A DNA stretch of 62,716 nt, the filler included. It is 8 parts of 8 records of this genome, joined end to end, with 100 filler letters (N's around TTAATTAATTAA, not from the genome) between each part and the next. Parts side by side here need not be neighbours in the genome. Positions count along the whole stretch, not along the records: positions 1 to 10,783 come from SRR20825010_2968; positions 10,884 to 31,528 come from SRR20825010_2977; 6 more parts are not named here. One strand, given 5' to 3'. The position numbers and the translations under genes are program-made. This document shows, one piece after another, positions 9,228-18,714 of the stretch; within the stretch, counting starts at the first letter, position 1; each line of letters opens with the position of its first letter. Under the pieces are notes generated by a model that had not been told where the DNA came from, made no database searches, and saw only the letters and a program-made list of their open reading frames with translations.

Positions 9228-9659
9228 TTCAATGGCTTTCAGTTTGGCGCGGATGTAGTCCCCGTGCGAGACGTAGAGCAGGTCGCTGACGCGGCGGATC
9301 AAATGTTCTTCGTGCACGTCTGCCTTGCCGTCGGCCGCCGCCATGGCCCACATCTCATCAATTAGCGTGACGCGCTGCTCCGGGCCCCAGTGCTCGCGTA
9401 ACGGCAGGGTAAATTCAAACAGGTCGGTGGCTTGATCTACCCGGTTTTCCAGTTCGGATACGATATCCTGCATTTCTTCGGCATCTAGCTGCCAGCGTTG
9501 ATTGACGGCAGCGATCAGGCGCTGGGTTTCTGCCTGATCGACAGTGCCATCGGTACGGGCCACTTCAAACAGCAGGGCTGCGGCCGCGCGGTGCAGATCG
9601 TGTTCGGAATATTGCGGTGTCTCGCTTTCAGGGCGAAACAGTCGGTTCAGCCAATTCAA
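9222..9659 (-). CDS. TerB family protein
   Basis: AAAALLFEVARTDG, ADG..HEEHLIRRVSDLLYVSH motifs; overlaps the tal stop. Confidence 0.85.
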   Translation of the reverse strand: MNWLNRLFRPESETPQYSEHDLHRAAAALLFEVARTDGTVDQAETQRLIAAVNQRWQLDAEEMQDIVSELENRVDQATDLFEFTLPLREHWGPEQRVTLIDEMWAMAAADGKADVHEEHLIRRVSDLLYVSHGDYIRAKLKAIEN

Positions 9660-10606
9660 ATGACACCCTCGTCTATCAGTAAGGTTTCCAGTGCTTGCTG
9701 GTCCTTGGCAAAGCGACGGATACCATCGGCCAGCAAGTCGCTGGCCATGGCATCATCGTTGAGCTGCCAACGGAATGCGGCTTCGTTCACCGGTGTCCAG
9801 TCGTCTTGCGGGGCCACCAGTTCAGGGTCCAGTACCCGGGTAAGACCGCCGTTATCGCCAGCCAGTTCCTCAAGCAGTGCCGGGCTGAGGGTGAGCTTGT
9901 CACAGCCGGCCAGCGCTTCGATCTGGCCGGCGTTGCGGAAGCTGGCCCCCATGACGATGGTGTCCAGACCGCGGGCCTTGAAGGTGGCGAAGATGTCGCG
10001 CACGGAGACCACGCCGGGGTCTTGTTCCGGGGTTTCGATGGTCATGCCATTCTTGCGGTGCCAGTCGAAAATGCGGCCTACAAAGGGGGAGATCAGTGTG
10101 GCGCCGGCTTCGGCGGCGGCCAGCGCCTGAGCCTGGTTGAACACCAGCGTCACATTACAGCGAATGCCTTCTTCTTCCAGAATCTCCACGGCGCGGATGC
10201 CTTCCCAGCTGGCTGCTACCTTGATCAGGATGCGGCTTGGATCTACGTCCAGTTCCCGGTAGATCGCCATCAATCGGCGGCCTTTTTCCACGGTGGCGCG
10301 GGTGTCGAAAGACAGGCGAGCATCGACCTCGCTGGATACCAGACCAGGCACACGCTCCAGGATGGCCTGTCCGGCCAGGCAGGCATAGGTATCGGTGAGC
10401 CAGTCCATTTCGCCTTCATGGCCCAGAGTACGACACAGGTCTGCCGCTTGCTGGAGCAGATCGCGGTAACGCGGGTCTCGGGCTGCCGCCAGTAGCAATG
10501 ATGGGTTGGTGGTGGCGTCTTCCGGTTCCAGCTGGGCGATCATGTCCAGGTCACCGGTATCGGCAACCAGGGAGGTCCACTGGGCGAGCTGTTCGCGTTT
10601 GTTCAC
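9656..10606 (-). CDS. tal: Transaldolase
   Basis: VADTGD, DATTNPSL, ILIKVAASWEGI, CNVTLVF, ISPFVGRI, MGASFR; GTG start at 10606 chosen from an AAGGA RBS. Confidence 0.96.
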   Translation of the reverse strand: MNKREQLAQWTSLVADTGDLDMIAQLEPEDATTNPSLLLAAARDPRYRDLLQQAADLCRTLGHEGEMDWLTDTYACLAGQAILERVPGLVSSEVDARLSFDTRATVEKGRRLMAIYRELDVDPSRILIKVAASWEGIRAVEILEEEGIRCNVTLVFNQAQALAAAEAGATLISPFVGRIFDWHRKNGMTIETPEQDPGVVSVRDIFATFKARGLDTIVMGASFRNAGQIEALAGCDKLTLSPALLEELAGDNGGLTRVLDPELVAPQDDWTPVNEAAFRWQLNDDAMASDLLADGIRRFAKDQQALETLLIDEGVI

Positions 10607-10700
10607 GGTATCCGTTCCTTTTGATGTCATGGCGGAGGACAGTGTAGAGGCCAACGATGACAGGGAGTTTTCTGTGCCGTAGGAGCGCTGTTTGACTTCC

Positions 10701-10783
10701 CGAGCTGCGAGGAGCGAGTTACGAGTTGCGAAAACCCGTACCCGTTTTATGCCTTTCGAAACTCGCTTCTCGTCACTCGAAAC
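10701..10783. repeat. Inverted pair of heptamer arrays (CGAGTTG-type) at the contig end
   Basis: CGAGCTG CGAGGAG CGAGTTA CGAGTTG CGAAAA, then TTTCG AAACTCG CTTCTCG TCACTCG AAAC. Confidence 0.75.
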
Positions 10784-10883
10784 NNNNNNNNNNNNNNNNN
10801 NNNNNNNNNNNNNNNNNNNNNNNNNNNTTAATTAATTAANNNNNNNNNNNNNNNNNNNNNNNNNNNNNNNNNNNNNNNNNNNN
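10784..10883. other. Artificial contig linker 1
   Basis: N-run + TTAATTAATTAA (stops in all six frames) + N-run, 100 bp. Confidence 0.99.
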
Positions 10884-10916
10884 GCCCGTCCCCTTTAGCC
10901 ACTCGGGCACCCCACC
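10884..10916 (-). tRNA. tRNA 5' portion, probably tRNA-Tyr, truncated by the contig end
   Basis: Minus strand reads GGTGGGGTGCCCGAGTGGCTAAAGGGGACGGGC (acceptor arm, D arm, 5' anticodon stem). The anticodon is not visible; Tyr is inferred from D-arm style and the divergent rlmB arrangement. Confidence 0.75.
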
Positions 10917-11117
10917 ATGTTCCCTAAAGCCGTCCCCCGAGAGCCACCGGAGTGGCTAAACAGGCTTCCGCGTTGGAAGGGAGTGCGAAATATGAGAAAT
11001 AGTCTCTGTTTGTCAACGTGAAAAACATGGCAAAAGCGGGAACATGGGTAATTGATCGATTGCCCCTTGTTTTCGTCCCGCAACATTCCGGAGCAATCCG
11101 GGCATCAGGTAGTCACC

Positions 11118-11939
11118 ATGGCCAAACCTCCGCCCCGCAAGCCCAGCGCCGCCAGACGCCGCGGCAAACCCTCATCGAAACCTGGCGCCAAGCCCAGAGG
11201 CCGCGACATATTGTGGGGCTGGCACGCGATTGCCATGGCTCTGCAAAATGACAAACGCCGCATCACGGGCCTGCTCTGTACGCAGAGAGCAGAGACCGAA
11301 CTCAGCCAGCGCCTGGATGAATTGCCCGACTCGCGGCGCAACGAACTCCCCGAGCCGAAGATTGTCGAGAAAGAGGCCCTCGATACCCTCACCGGCCCCG
11401 AGGCCGTTCACCAGGGCGTGGCGGCGGAAGTCCTGCCGCTGCCGGACGTGGCGATTGAGGATATTCTTGAAGATGTGGGCGAGCGCTGCCTGCTTGTGCT
11501 GCTCGACCAGGTGACGGATCCGCATAATGTGGGAGCGATTCTACGCTCGGCTTCCGCCTTTGGCGCCCGCGCGGTGATCGCCCCGGACCGCAATGCCGCG
11601 CCGACAACCGGCGTGCTGGCGAAATCCGCCTCGGGCGCGCTCGATGCGATTGATCTCGTCCACATCACAAACCTGAGCCGGACCATGGAACAGCTGCGCG
11701 ATGCCGGATTCTGGTGCGTCGGCCTCGACGGTGACGCCCGGGGAACGCTGGATGGTGCCGATCTTAAGGGCCGGATAGCGATCGTCATGGGCGCGGAAGG
11801 AAGCGGCCTCAGACGCCTGACCCGGGAAAATTGCGATCTGCTTGCCCGCCTGCCGACAGCGGGCCCCGTCGCGACCCTGAATGTGTCAGCCGCAACCGCC
11901 GTCTCTCTGTATGAGTATGCCCGGCAAAACCAGGATTAG
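11118..11939 (+). CDS. rlmB: 23S rRNA (G2251-2'-O)-methyltransferase, TrmH/SPOUT family
   Basis: LWGWHA, HQGVAA, LDQVTDPHNVGAILRS, MGAEGSGLRRL, LNVS motifs. Confidence 0.93.
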   Translation: MAKPPPRKPSAARRRGKPSSKPGAKPRGRDILWGWHAIAMALQNDKRRITGLLCTQRAETELSQRLDELPDSRRNELPEPKIVEKEALDTLTGPEAVHQGVAAEVLPLPDVAIEDILEDVGERCLLVLLDQVTDPHNVGAILRSASAFGARAVIAPDRNAAPTTGVLAKSASGALDAIDLVHITNLSRTMEQLRDAGFWCVGLDGDARGTLDGADLKGRIAIVMGAEGSGLRRLTRENCDLLARLPTAGPVATLNVSAATAVSLYEYARQNQD

Positions 11940-11940
11940 G

Positions 11941-11970
11941 ACGAATCGTGCCAAACGCGATTCGTTTCGT
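11941..11970 (+). terminator. Probable terminator after rlmB
   Basis: ACGAATCGTG-CCAAA-CGCGATTCGT 10-bp stem with one GU pair; weak T tail. Confidence 0.45.
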
Positions 11971-12101
11971 GTTCTATGTCACACGCATATCCTATTGCGC
12001 GTTATAGAACACACCCGCTATTCATGTTCTAATTCCACGATTAACAGTAATAAAATCAATGGAATTAACTGAGTATTGTTTCATTCCGGCATGCAGATTG
12101 A

Positions 12102-13574
12102 ATGATGGACCCGCAAAAAGCAGAAGCGCAGACTTTCAAGGATGCCGTTTGCGAAGACGTCTCCGACTTCTATTCCAGGAAGTCGCGCGATGCTATTGGC
12201 CGGGCCGCCGGTAAATATCTGCAGTCGGTTCGCATCACCCCGACGGAATTACTGCATTCGAGCAAGCACCAGCGGTCTTTCAGTGATGCCGGGACCACCC
12301 TTATGCAGGCGGTCCAGAAGGCAGCCATCGCACAGGTAAAAAGCACCCAAACTCCGGTCAGTGAACGGGTTCGCCGTCTCTACGAGATCACGGATCAGTT
12401 GCGCAAGGACGCATTGGGGAAGTTCGAGAAGGAGCCACCGCAAAAACTCGAGAAAAGCATGATCCCGGATGTGATCGCGCTGCGAAATGGCGAAAGTCCC
12501 GACGAGCAGGCTTTTCGGATCAGGGCCGCGTTGACGGCCACGCTTGAGGGCATCAATGACTGGGTCAAGAAATTCGAGATGCTCTACGAGCTCGGCCATG
12601 ACATTGCCGGTCTCGAGGCATTCGGGCATTTCGATTCCTTTATCGCCGAGATCCTGCGCGCGCCGAACGCCTGCAAGGATATTTTCGGCGAGCTGCCCAC
12701 CCCCGGCGAGGAAATAGACCGGCTGCTTGCTCTCTACGACGGGGACATCGAGCCGTCCCATGCTCCGAGCAAGCCGGCGAACGCGAAGAAATTCTATACC
12801 CTCGCAAAAACCGGCTATATCCCGGAAACCCGGGATGTCCTGCTGCGCATGCTGACACTGGCACTGAATTCAAGCGGCAGGCTGACACGCGGAGACCTCC
12901 GCACGGAGCTGGAACGTGTCCGCGCCATGCACAAGCGCCTCTCGACGCCAAACGGCTTCCTTGGTGGAGAGGAATGCGAGATTGGCCTGCATAAACGCGA
13001 AGCCTCCCTTCTGAGTGACGAGACCATCGACCTGTTGCTCGGAGGGCGCATTGATATCAGCCAGAAGGTTCACCTGGCGCTTCAGGTGCGCAAGCAGGCA
13101 ATCAGTGAAAAAGGGGCTGACTACCTTTCGAAATATGTCACGTCGATCATCAGCCAGCCGGATTTCGCCCGCTCCGTAACAGGGAAAGACGGGCCGCTGG
13201 AAGAAAAGCTCGGGTTCCTTGCCAAGGTTCACAAGGACACCAAGGCAAACAATCTGCCTCCGCGTATAGAAGACCGGATCTGCCGGACTCTGGAAGAGCT
13301 TCAGGCAGAGCTGCTGGAAAGTGCCGACTATTTCAAGAAGCTGGAAACCCGCTCCGGATCCACGGCGAAGAAAGCCCTCATCGTGATCGATCTGATCGGC
13401 GAGGGTGCCCTGGTCGGTGCCGCTAACCTGAAAGCGGCGCGCAAGTCCGCGCATGATTTCATGAAGAAAGCGGATTTCCTGGAAAGTTATCTCGCGGACG
13501 GCGATGCGTCGCAGAGCAAGAAAACCCGCATGCAGGAACTGGAACGCCGATTGAAGTCCGCCGGCCTCGCCTGA
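12102..13574 (+). CDS. Hypothetical protein, 490 aa, predicted all-helical and cytoplasmic
   Basis: Long ORF with natural charged/aliphatic composition; no recognised catalytic motif. Confidence 0.8.
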   Translation: MMDPQKAEAQTFKDAVCEDVSDFYSRKSRDAIGRAAGKYLQSVRITPTELLHSSKHQRSFSDAGTTLMQAVQKAAIAQVKSTQTPVSERVRRLYEITDQLRKDALGKFEKEPPQKLEKSMIPDVIALRNGESPDEQAFRIRAALTATLEGINDWVKKFEMLYELGHDIAGLEAFGHFDSFIAEILRAPNACKDIFGELPTPGEEIDRLLALYDGDIEPSHAPSKPANAKKFYTLAKTGYIPETRDVLLRMLTLALNSSGRLTRGDLRTELERVRAMHKRLSTPNGFLGGEECEIGLHKREASLLSDETIDLLLGGRIDISQKVHLALQVRKQAISEKGADYLSKYVTSIISQPDFARSVTGKDGPLEEKLGFLAKVHKDTKANNLPPRIEDRICRTLEELQAELLESADYFKKLETRSGSTAKKALIVIDLIGEGALVGAANLKAARKSAHDFMKKADFLESYLADGDASQSKKTRMQELERRLKSAGLA

Positions 13575-13626
13575 CGATTCGGCCCTGCCCGCCAGTAAGC
13601 CTGCCTCCCGGACAATTCCCGAAAAC

Positions 13627-14280
13627 CTATCCGCCGTCTCCGGACCGCCCACTCACGGCCTCGGCCTGACGCTTGCGCGCCTCCTCCGGCCAGCGGCTCT
13701 TCATAAACGCGACAATCGCCCAGATACCGGCATCGGTGAGCTGAATTTCGAAGCTCGGCATATTGTTTTTGTAACTGCGCGGAGAGAATGGCTGACCGCC
13801 ATATTTCACCACATCGAAGATATCATCGTCGCTGAGCCGCCAGGTCGGCGCGCTCCCGTCCAACGGTAATGCCGGCCGGCTGCCGGAGGGAAAGTTACCG
13901 TCCCAACCAGCCTGCCCCTCAAGAGAATCGCCATGGCAAAAGGCGCAATTTTCCCGATAGAGCGCATGCCCCTGAGCGACCAGCGCCGCATCCTGCCAAT
14001 CCGCCTGAACGGCCGAATCCACCATTCTGCGCTCTAAATAGATGGAAGCGACCGTGATGATCGCTCCGATCAGCGTAGCCGCCGCAAGAAACCGACCCTT
14101 GGGTCCCAGTTTCCGTGAAACACGGGCAGCCATGCCGAGCCCGATTTCGGCTTCCTGCTCCTCGGCGGAATCGACCATTTCGCGGAGCAGACGGTCGCTG
14201 CGCCGCTCACCGCCGGAAAAAGCCCTGGCACGGATTCGTGCCTGACGGCGCGAACGGCGTTCGTTATCGGTACGGCTCAC
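13627..14280 (-). CDS. Membrane-anchored c-type cytochrome
   Basis: CAFCHG heme motif, one TM helix, NMPSF distal Met; GTG start at 14280 uncertain. Confidence 0.85.
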   Translation of the reverse strand: MSRTDNERRSRRQARIRARAFSGGERRSDRLLREMVDSAEEQEAEIGLGMAARVSRKLGPKGRFLAAATLIGAIITVASIYLERRMVDSAVQADWQDAALVAQGHALYRENCAFCHGDSLEGQAGWDGNFPSGSRPALPLDGSAPTWRLSDDDIFDVVKYGGQPFSPRSYKNNMPSFEIQLTDAGIWAIVAFMKSRWPEEARKRQAEAVSGRSGDGG

Positions 14281-14443
14281 GGCCCATCTCCGGCGCGGTC
14301 GGGTAAGACACCATGGCACGGATCATACGGATTGCGGAAAAGCCTGTCATCACGCGGACTGCCGTGCCGTCGCTTTTGCCCGCTCTTCCGGTGCCGATGC
14401 TCCATGTACAGGCCAGAGCTGGCACCGGAAGAAACCTCGCAGA

Positions 14444-15580
14444 TCAGGCCGCGTGCGGCATCAGGATCTGCCGGATGGCCGAGCCATCGGCAAGCCGGTC
14501 GAAACCTTCATTGATATCATCGAAACCGACCGAGCGACTGATCAGCGCATCGATCGGCAATTTGCCCTGCTGATAGAGATCGATATAGCGCGGGATGTCC
14601 CGGACCGGCACGCAACCGCCCATATAGCTGCCCCGGATCGCCTTTTCGTCGGAGACCATTGCCGGCGGCGTGAAGGTGAAAGTGCTATCGGCTGGCGCCA
14701 GACCTGCGACCACAAGTTCGCCACCGGCACGCAGCACGCCATACCCGGTCTCCATGGCGGGAATTGCTCCGGCGAAGTCGAACGCGAAATCGACACCGCC
14801 GTGGGTTATGTCCCGGACCTGTTCGGCCAGGGTCGGGTCCTTGGCATTGATTGTGTGTGTCGCACCGAGCTGGCGGGCCAGCCCCAGACGGTCGTCATTC
14901 AGGTCGATGGCGATGATTGCCCCCGCTCCGGCAACCTTGGCACCGAGCAATCCATTCAGCCCGACACCGCCGAGACCGATCACCGCGACACTGTCGCCCG
15001 GCCGGATACGGGCCGTGTTCAGCACCGCGCCGACACCGGTCATCACGGCGCAGCCGAAGATAGCCGCCTTCTCCAGCGGAATGCTGTCATCAACCTTCAC
15101 GCAACTGCCCCGATCGATCACCGCATATTCGGCGAAACAGGAAACGCCGGAATGGTGCGCGAGAGATTCGCCCGAGGCGGATTTCAGGCGGCGCCCGCCG
15201 CCCATCAAATCGCCCTTGGCCCGGGCCACGGCATTCACCTCACAGATCTGCGGCCGGCCTTCAAGGCACCGGCGGCAACGGCCGCAATTGGCGCTGAACT
15301 GGAAGACGACCGGATCGCCCGCTTTCAGATCCCGGATACCGGGGCCGACCTCAACCACTTCGCCCGCGCCTTCATGGCCCAGTACCAGAGGCACCGGCCG
15401 CGGCCGGTTACCGTTGATCACGGAAAGGTCCGAATGACAGAGCCCCGCGCCAATCACCCGAACAAGGATCTCGCCCGGTTCCGGCTTCGACAGCTCCACT
15501 TCCTCGACGGAAATCGGCCGCGAATTCTCAAAAGGCGCCGACGCCCCGGATTGCCGCAATACGGCCGCACGCATCTTCAT
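14444..15580 (-). CDS. Zinc-dependent alcohol dehydrogenase (MDR)
   Basis: GLCHSD, GHEGAG, CGRCRRC..C structural Zn site, GLGGVG. Confidence 0.95.
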   Translation of the reverse strand: MKMRAAVLRQSGASAPFENSRPISVEEVELSKPEPGEILVRVIGAGLCHSDLSVINGNRPRPVPLVLGHEGAGEVVEVGPGIRDLKAGDPVVFQFSANCGRCRRCLEGRPQICEVNAVARAKGDLMGGGRRLKSASGESLAHHSGVSCFAEYAVIDRGSCVKVDDSIPLEKAAIFGCAVMTGVGAVLNTARIRPGDSVAVIGLGGVGLNGLLGAKVAGAGAIIAIDLNDDRLGLARQLGATHTINAKDPTLAEQVRDITHGGVDFAFDFAGAIPAMETGYGVLRAGGELVVAGLAPADSTFTFTPPAMVSDEKAIRGSYMGGCVPVRDIPRYIDLYQQGKLPIDALISRSVGFDDINEGFDRLADGSAIRQILMPHAA

Positions 15581-15812
15581 GACTGTTTCCCATTCCCATT
15601 TTTTGCTTTGTTTTGCCGCCGTTCGGCAGCGCGTCCCGGTCTTGATCGATCACCGGTCCTGAAAGGATGCAGGAGGGAGTTTACGCCGCCCCTGCCAGTG
15701 CGGCAATCGCGTGGTCCCGGAGGCCAGCATACAGGTGGCGCAGAGTTAATATCTCGCCCCCGGCATAACCGGGCGCTATAGAAAAAGCTCCGCAGACCAG
15801 CCGGATCAGCCC

Positions 15813-16268
15813 ATGCCCCTCATTTTCCGCCGCGCCACAGAGACAGATCTTCCCGCCATAATCGCCATGCTCGCCGACGATGAACTCGGCCGGCAACGCG
15901 AGGATACCAGCGTGCCCGTCGCCGACTGCTACCGGGACGCCTTCAAGGCCATCTCAATGGACAAAAACCAGTATCTCGCCGTCGCGGAGAAAGACGGCGA
16001 TGTGATCGGCACCCTGCAACTGACCTTCCTTCCGGGCCTCTCCCATCAGGGCCTCTGGCGCGGCCAGATCGAATCCGTGCGGATCTCCTCAACCGCGCGC
16101 GGCGGCGGCCTCGGACGGCAGTTCCTGGAATGGGCCATCGCCACCTGCCAGGAACATGGCTGCCGGATCATCCAGTTGACCAGCGACAAAAGCCGGTCAG
16201 ACGCCATCCGATTCTATGAAAGCCTCGGCTTCACGGCGAGCCATGAAGGTTTCAAGCTGAAACTTTGA
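15813..16268 (+). CDS. GNAT N-acetyltransferase
   Basis: IESVRI..RGGGLG motif A, QLTSDKSR..A.RFYESLGF. Confidence 0.92.
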   Translation: MPLIFRRATETDLPAIIAMLADDELGRQREDTSVPVADCYRDAFKAISMDKNQYLAVAEKDGDVIGTLQLTFLPGLSHQGLWRGQIESVRISSTARGGGLGRQFLEWAIATCQEHGCRIIQLTSDKSRSDAIRFYESLGFTASHEGFKLKL

Positions 16269-16289
16269 TCCTCTTCAGGATCTCTCGGC

Positions 16290-17537
16290 TCAATCACTCG
16301 GCAGGCAATAAAAAATCCCTTCGTACCGCGTCATAGAATAACTGCCGAAATAGAAATCGTACCCCTCGCACATCTCCATCAGAGCAAGCGGCATTTCCCA
16401 GAGATGTCGTGTTGCGTGATAGACGCTGAAAGCGAGCCTGGGCCGGTATCGGGCGATGATCGGCGCGATGTCCTTCAGGATCATCTCCTCGGCCCCCTCC
16501 ACGTCGAATTTCATCAGGTCGATACGGTCCGGTGCCATCTCCTCGACCAGCGTGGTGATCTTCCGTGTCGGGTAGGTTTGGAGCTTGTCGGGGCTTCGCT
16601 CTTTCGCCTCTTGTGTCATTGAATATTCATGGGATGCCGCCTGGCCGTCATCATATGCCAGAAAATCAGACACACCATCCTCGTTCGTCACGCAGTACGG
16701 CCAGATCTCGGCGGCGCCCTCGTACTGCTCCATTGCCGTGCGAACGGAGCGCGATAGGAAACTGTAGCCGAGCGGATCGATATTGATGAGACGGCCCCGT
16801 CCCTTCATCAGGGCGGCGAAGACAGGAAGCTCGAACCCGTCAAAAACACCGAAATTCAGAACCGTATCGCCCGGAGAAACCCGTGCGTATTCGAAATATT
16901 GCTGGCCCCGCAGCATTGTATTGACGAAGCATTCCGCCCGGTTTGCCGGAGTGCCGAGAAGCACCGACCGGTAGGCGGCCTTGCTGCGCTCATCCGCGAG
17001 AGCCGATCCAACTTCATTGATCTGCCCTACATGTGCCTTGATCCGGTGCGGATCGCTCAAAGACGGGAACAAACGGGGCGTGAAGCTGATCTTGCCATCC
17101 TCGACCCTGGCATGCCCGTCCCGCAGCAACATTTCGGTGGCAACATTCAATGGCAGCTGGATACCGTCCGTACGATCTGCCACCGGATCAAGACCGATCA
17201 TCGGGGCGAACCGGGTCATGAAAACCGCAAGCCCGTTCGACGGGCAATCCGTCGCGAAGGGAAACACGAAAATGCGGTCCCCCGTCCACCCTGCGGCACC
17301 GAGTTCGGCGGCACGGCGCCCCCAATCCGGCTCGGGGATCAGCACGACATGATCACCGACCGGTGCCGGAATATTTCCCTCTTCGATCAACCCTGAAAAC
17401 AAGGCTCCAGGCCGGACCAGTTTGATCAGGTTTATAAGCCCGTGGGTCAGCGCATCCGTGCCATAGATCAGATACGGGCGATCCGGCATCTCTGTCGGGT
17501 GGGTGATCGGCGTGTAATCGGATGTCGATGAAGTCAT
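16290..17537 (-). CDS. FkbM family methyltransferase
   Basis: VLNFGVFDG, IDLMKFDVEGAE, RPRLAFSVYH motifs. Confidence 0.85.
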   Translation of the reverse strand: MTSSTSDYTPITHPTEMPDRPYLIYGTDALTHGLINLIKLVRPGALFSGLIEEGNIPAPVGDHVVLIPEPDWGRRAAELGAAGWTGDRIFVFPFATDCPSNGLAVFMTRFAPMIGLDPVADRTDGIQLPLNVATEMLLRDGHARVEDGKISFTPRLFPSLSDPHRIKAHVGQINEVGSALADERSKAAYRSVLLGTPANRAECFVNTMLRGQQYFEYARVSPGDTVLNFGVFDGFELPVFAALMKGRGRLINIDPLGYSFLSRSVRTAMEQYEGAAEIWPYCVTNEDGVSDFLAYDDGQAASHEYSMTQEAKERSPDKLQTYPTRKITTLVEEMAPDRIDLMKFDVEGAEEMILKDIAPIIARYRPRLAFSVYHATRHLWEMPLALMEMCEGYDFYFGSYSMTRYEGIFYCLPSD

Positions 17538-17715
17538 TGATCGCCAGAAAAAATAATTGGGTTATGAGGAGAAATACATCGTCTGCCATTACACAGAAAC
17601 AATTTGCCGCCACTGGGCCGGTCCAGGGCGATTACGTGCCCTCATTTCCAGTGAGCACAACGAAGAGCCTAAAAACCTGTTGCTCATCCGGCAGCGATTC
17701 TAGATCCTTGGAGGC

Positions 17716-17900
17716 GATACTGGTTCCATAGCAGGCAAAGCCTGTGGACTAAGAGGGAACACGGAAGGGACGACCCAAAAGGGGCCCGAGCCGTGACTGC
17801 CCCCGCAACTGTAAGCGTGAGCGCTTCCAAGACGTCACTGGCCAATGGCCGGGAAGACGGAAGCTAGCGAGGATCGCGAGTCAGGAGACCTGCCCGTATC
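17716..17900 (+). ncRNA. Cobalamin riboswitch
   Basis: AAGAGGGAAC..., CTGCCCCCGCAACTGTAAG, CACTGG..CCGGGAAG, and B12 box GAGTCAGGAGACCTGCC; upstream of cbiM. Confidence 0.95.
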
Positions 17901-17969
17901 ACGAACGAAACCCGGTCGGCATAAGCCCGGCAAAATCCGCACGGTGGGTGCGGGAAATGGAGTACTGAC

Positions 17970-18650
17970 ATGCATATCGAACCCGGCGTCGTGAACGGCG
18001 CGAAACTTCTGCTCAGCTACGGCACCGCAGCCGGTTGCCTTGGCGGCCTCGCCAAGCTGGCCTGGGGCACGATCAAGAATGACGGCATTACCCAGCTTGC
18101 CATCCGCAGCATGATCACGACATTGCTCGTGTTCTGCTTCTTCCAGGTGCTGCCGCATTATCCGGTCGGCGTCTCCGAGGTTCATTTCATCCTCGGCTCC
18201 ACACTGTTCCTGATGTTCGGCCTTGCTCCGGCCGCGATCGGCCTCGCGCTCGGCCTGCTGATCCAGGGCCTGCTGTTCTCGCCGTTCGACCTGCCGCAAT
18301 ACGGCATGAACATCACCACGCTGCTGGTACCGCTCATGGCCGTCGCCCTTGTGGCCGACAAGATCATTCCGAAGAACACCGCCTACAAGGATGTCAGCTA
18401 CAAGCAGACCCTCGCCCTCTCAGCCGCCTACCAGGGCGGCGTGGTCAGCTGGGTCGCGATCTGGGCCTTCTACGGCCAGGGCTTCGGCGCGGAAACACTG
18501 TCGCAGGTCGGCCTGTTCGGCGGCGCCTACATGATGGTCATCATCGTCGAGCCGCTCGCCGACCTGGCCATCCTCGGCGCGGCCAAGACGCTGCACCAGC
18601 TGAAGGACAGCCCGCTCTTCCACGACCGGCTCTATCGCGCCGGCGTCTGA
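17970..18650 (+). CDS. cbiM: CbiM-family cobalt ECF transporter S component
   Basis: MHIEPG N-terminus, SEVHFILG, multiple TM helices, B12 riboswitch upstream. Confidence 0.9.
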   Translation: MHIEPGVVNGAKLLLSYGTAAGCLGGLAKLAWGTIKNDGITQLAIRSMITTLLVFCFFQVLPHYPVGVSEVHFILGSTLFLMFGLAPAAIGLALGLLIQGLLFSPFDLPQYGMNITTLLVPLMAVALVADKIIPKNTAYKDVSYKQTLALSAAYQGGVVSWVAIWAFYGQGFGAETLSQVGLFGGAYMMVIIVEPLADLAILGAAKTLHQLKDSPLFHDRLYRAGV

Positions 18651-18666
18651 GCAAACCGCATCAAAG

Positions 18667-18693
18667 AAAACGGCCTCTTCGGAGGCCGTTTTT
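18667..18693. terminator. Bidirectional Rho-independent terminator
   Basis: AAAACGGCCTC-TTCG-GAGGCCGTTTTT between convergent genes. Confidence 0.9.
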
Positions 18694-18714
18694 GTTTTCG
18701 AAACGCCATACCGC

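Noticed and set aside
10828-10839. TTAATTAATTAA recurring seven times
   Set aside because: Always embedded in N-runs; a synthetic six-frame stop linker
10884-10916. tRNA fragment as a prophage or island attachment site
   Set aside because: It is the 5' part cut by the contig end, and there is no integrase nearby
14453-15781. 442-aa plus-strand ORF, and the similar 405-aa minus-strand ORF at 2089-3306
   Set aside because: Antisense to the well-supported Zn-ADH and hrpA genes
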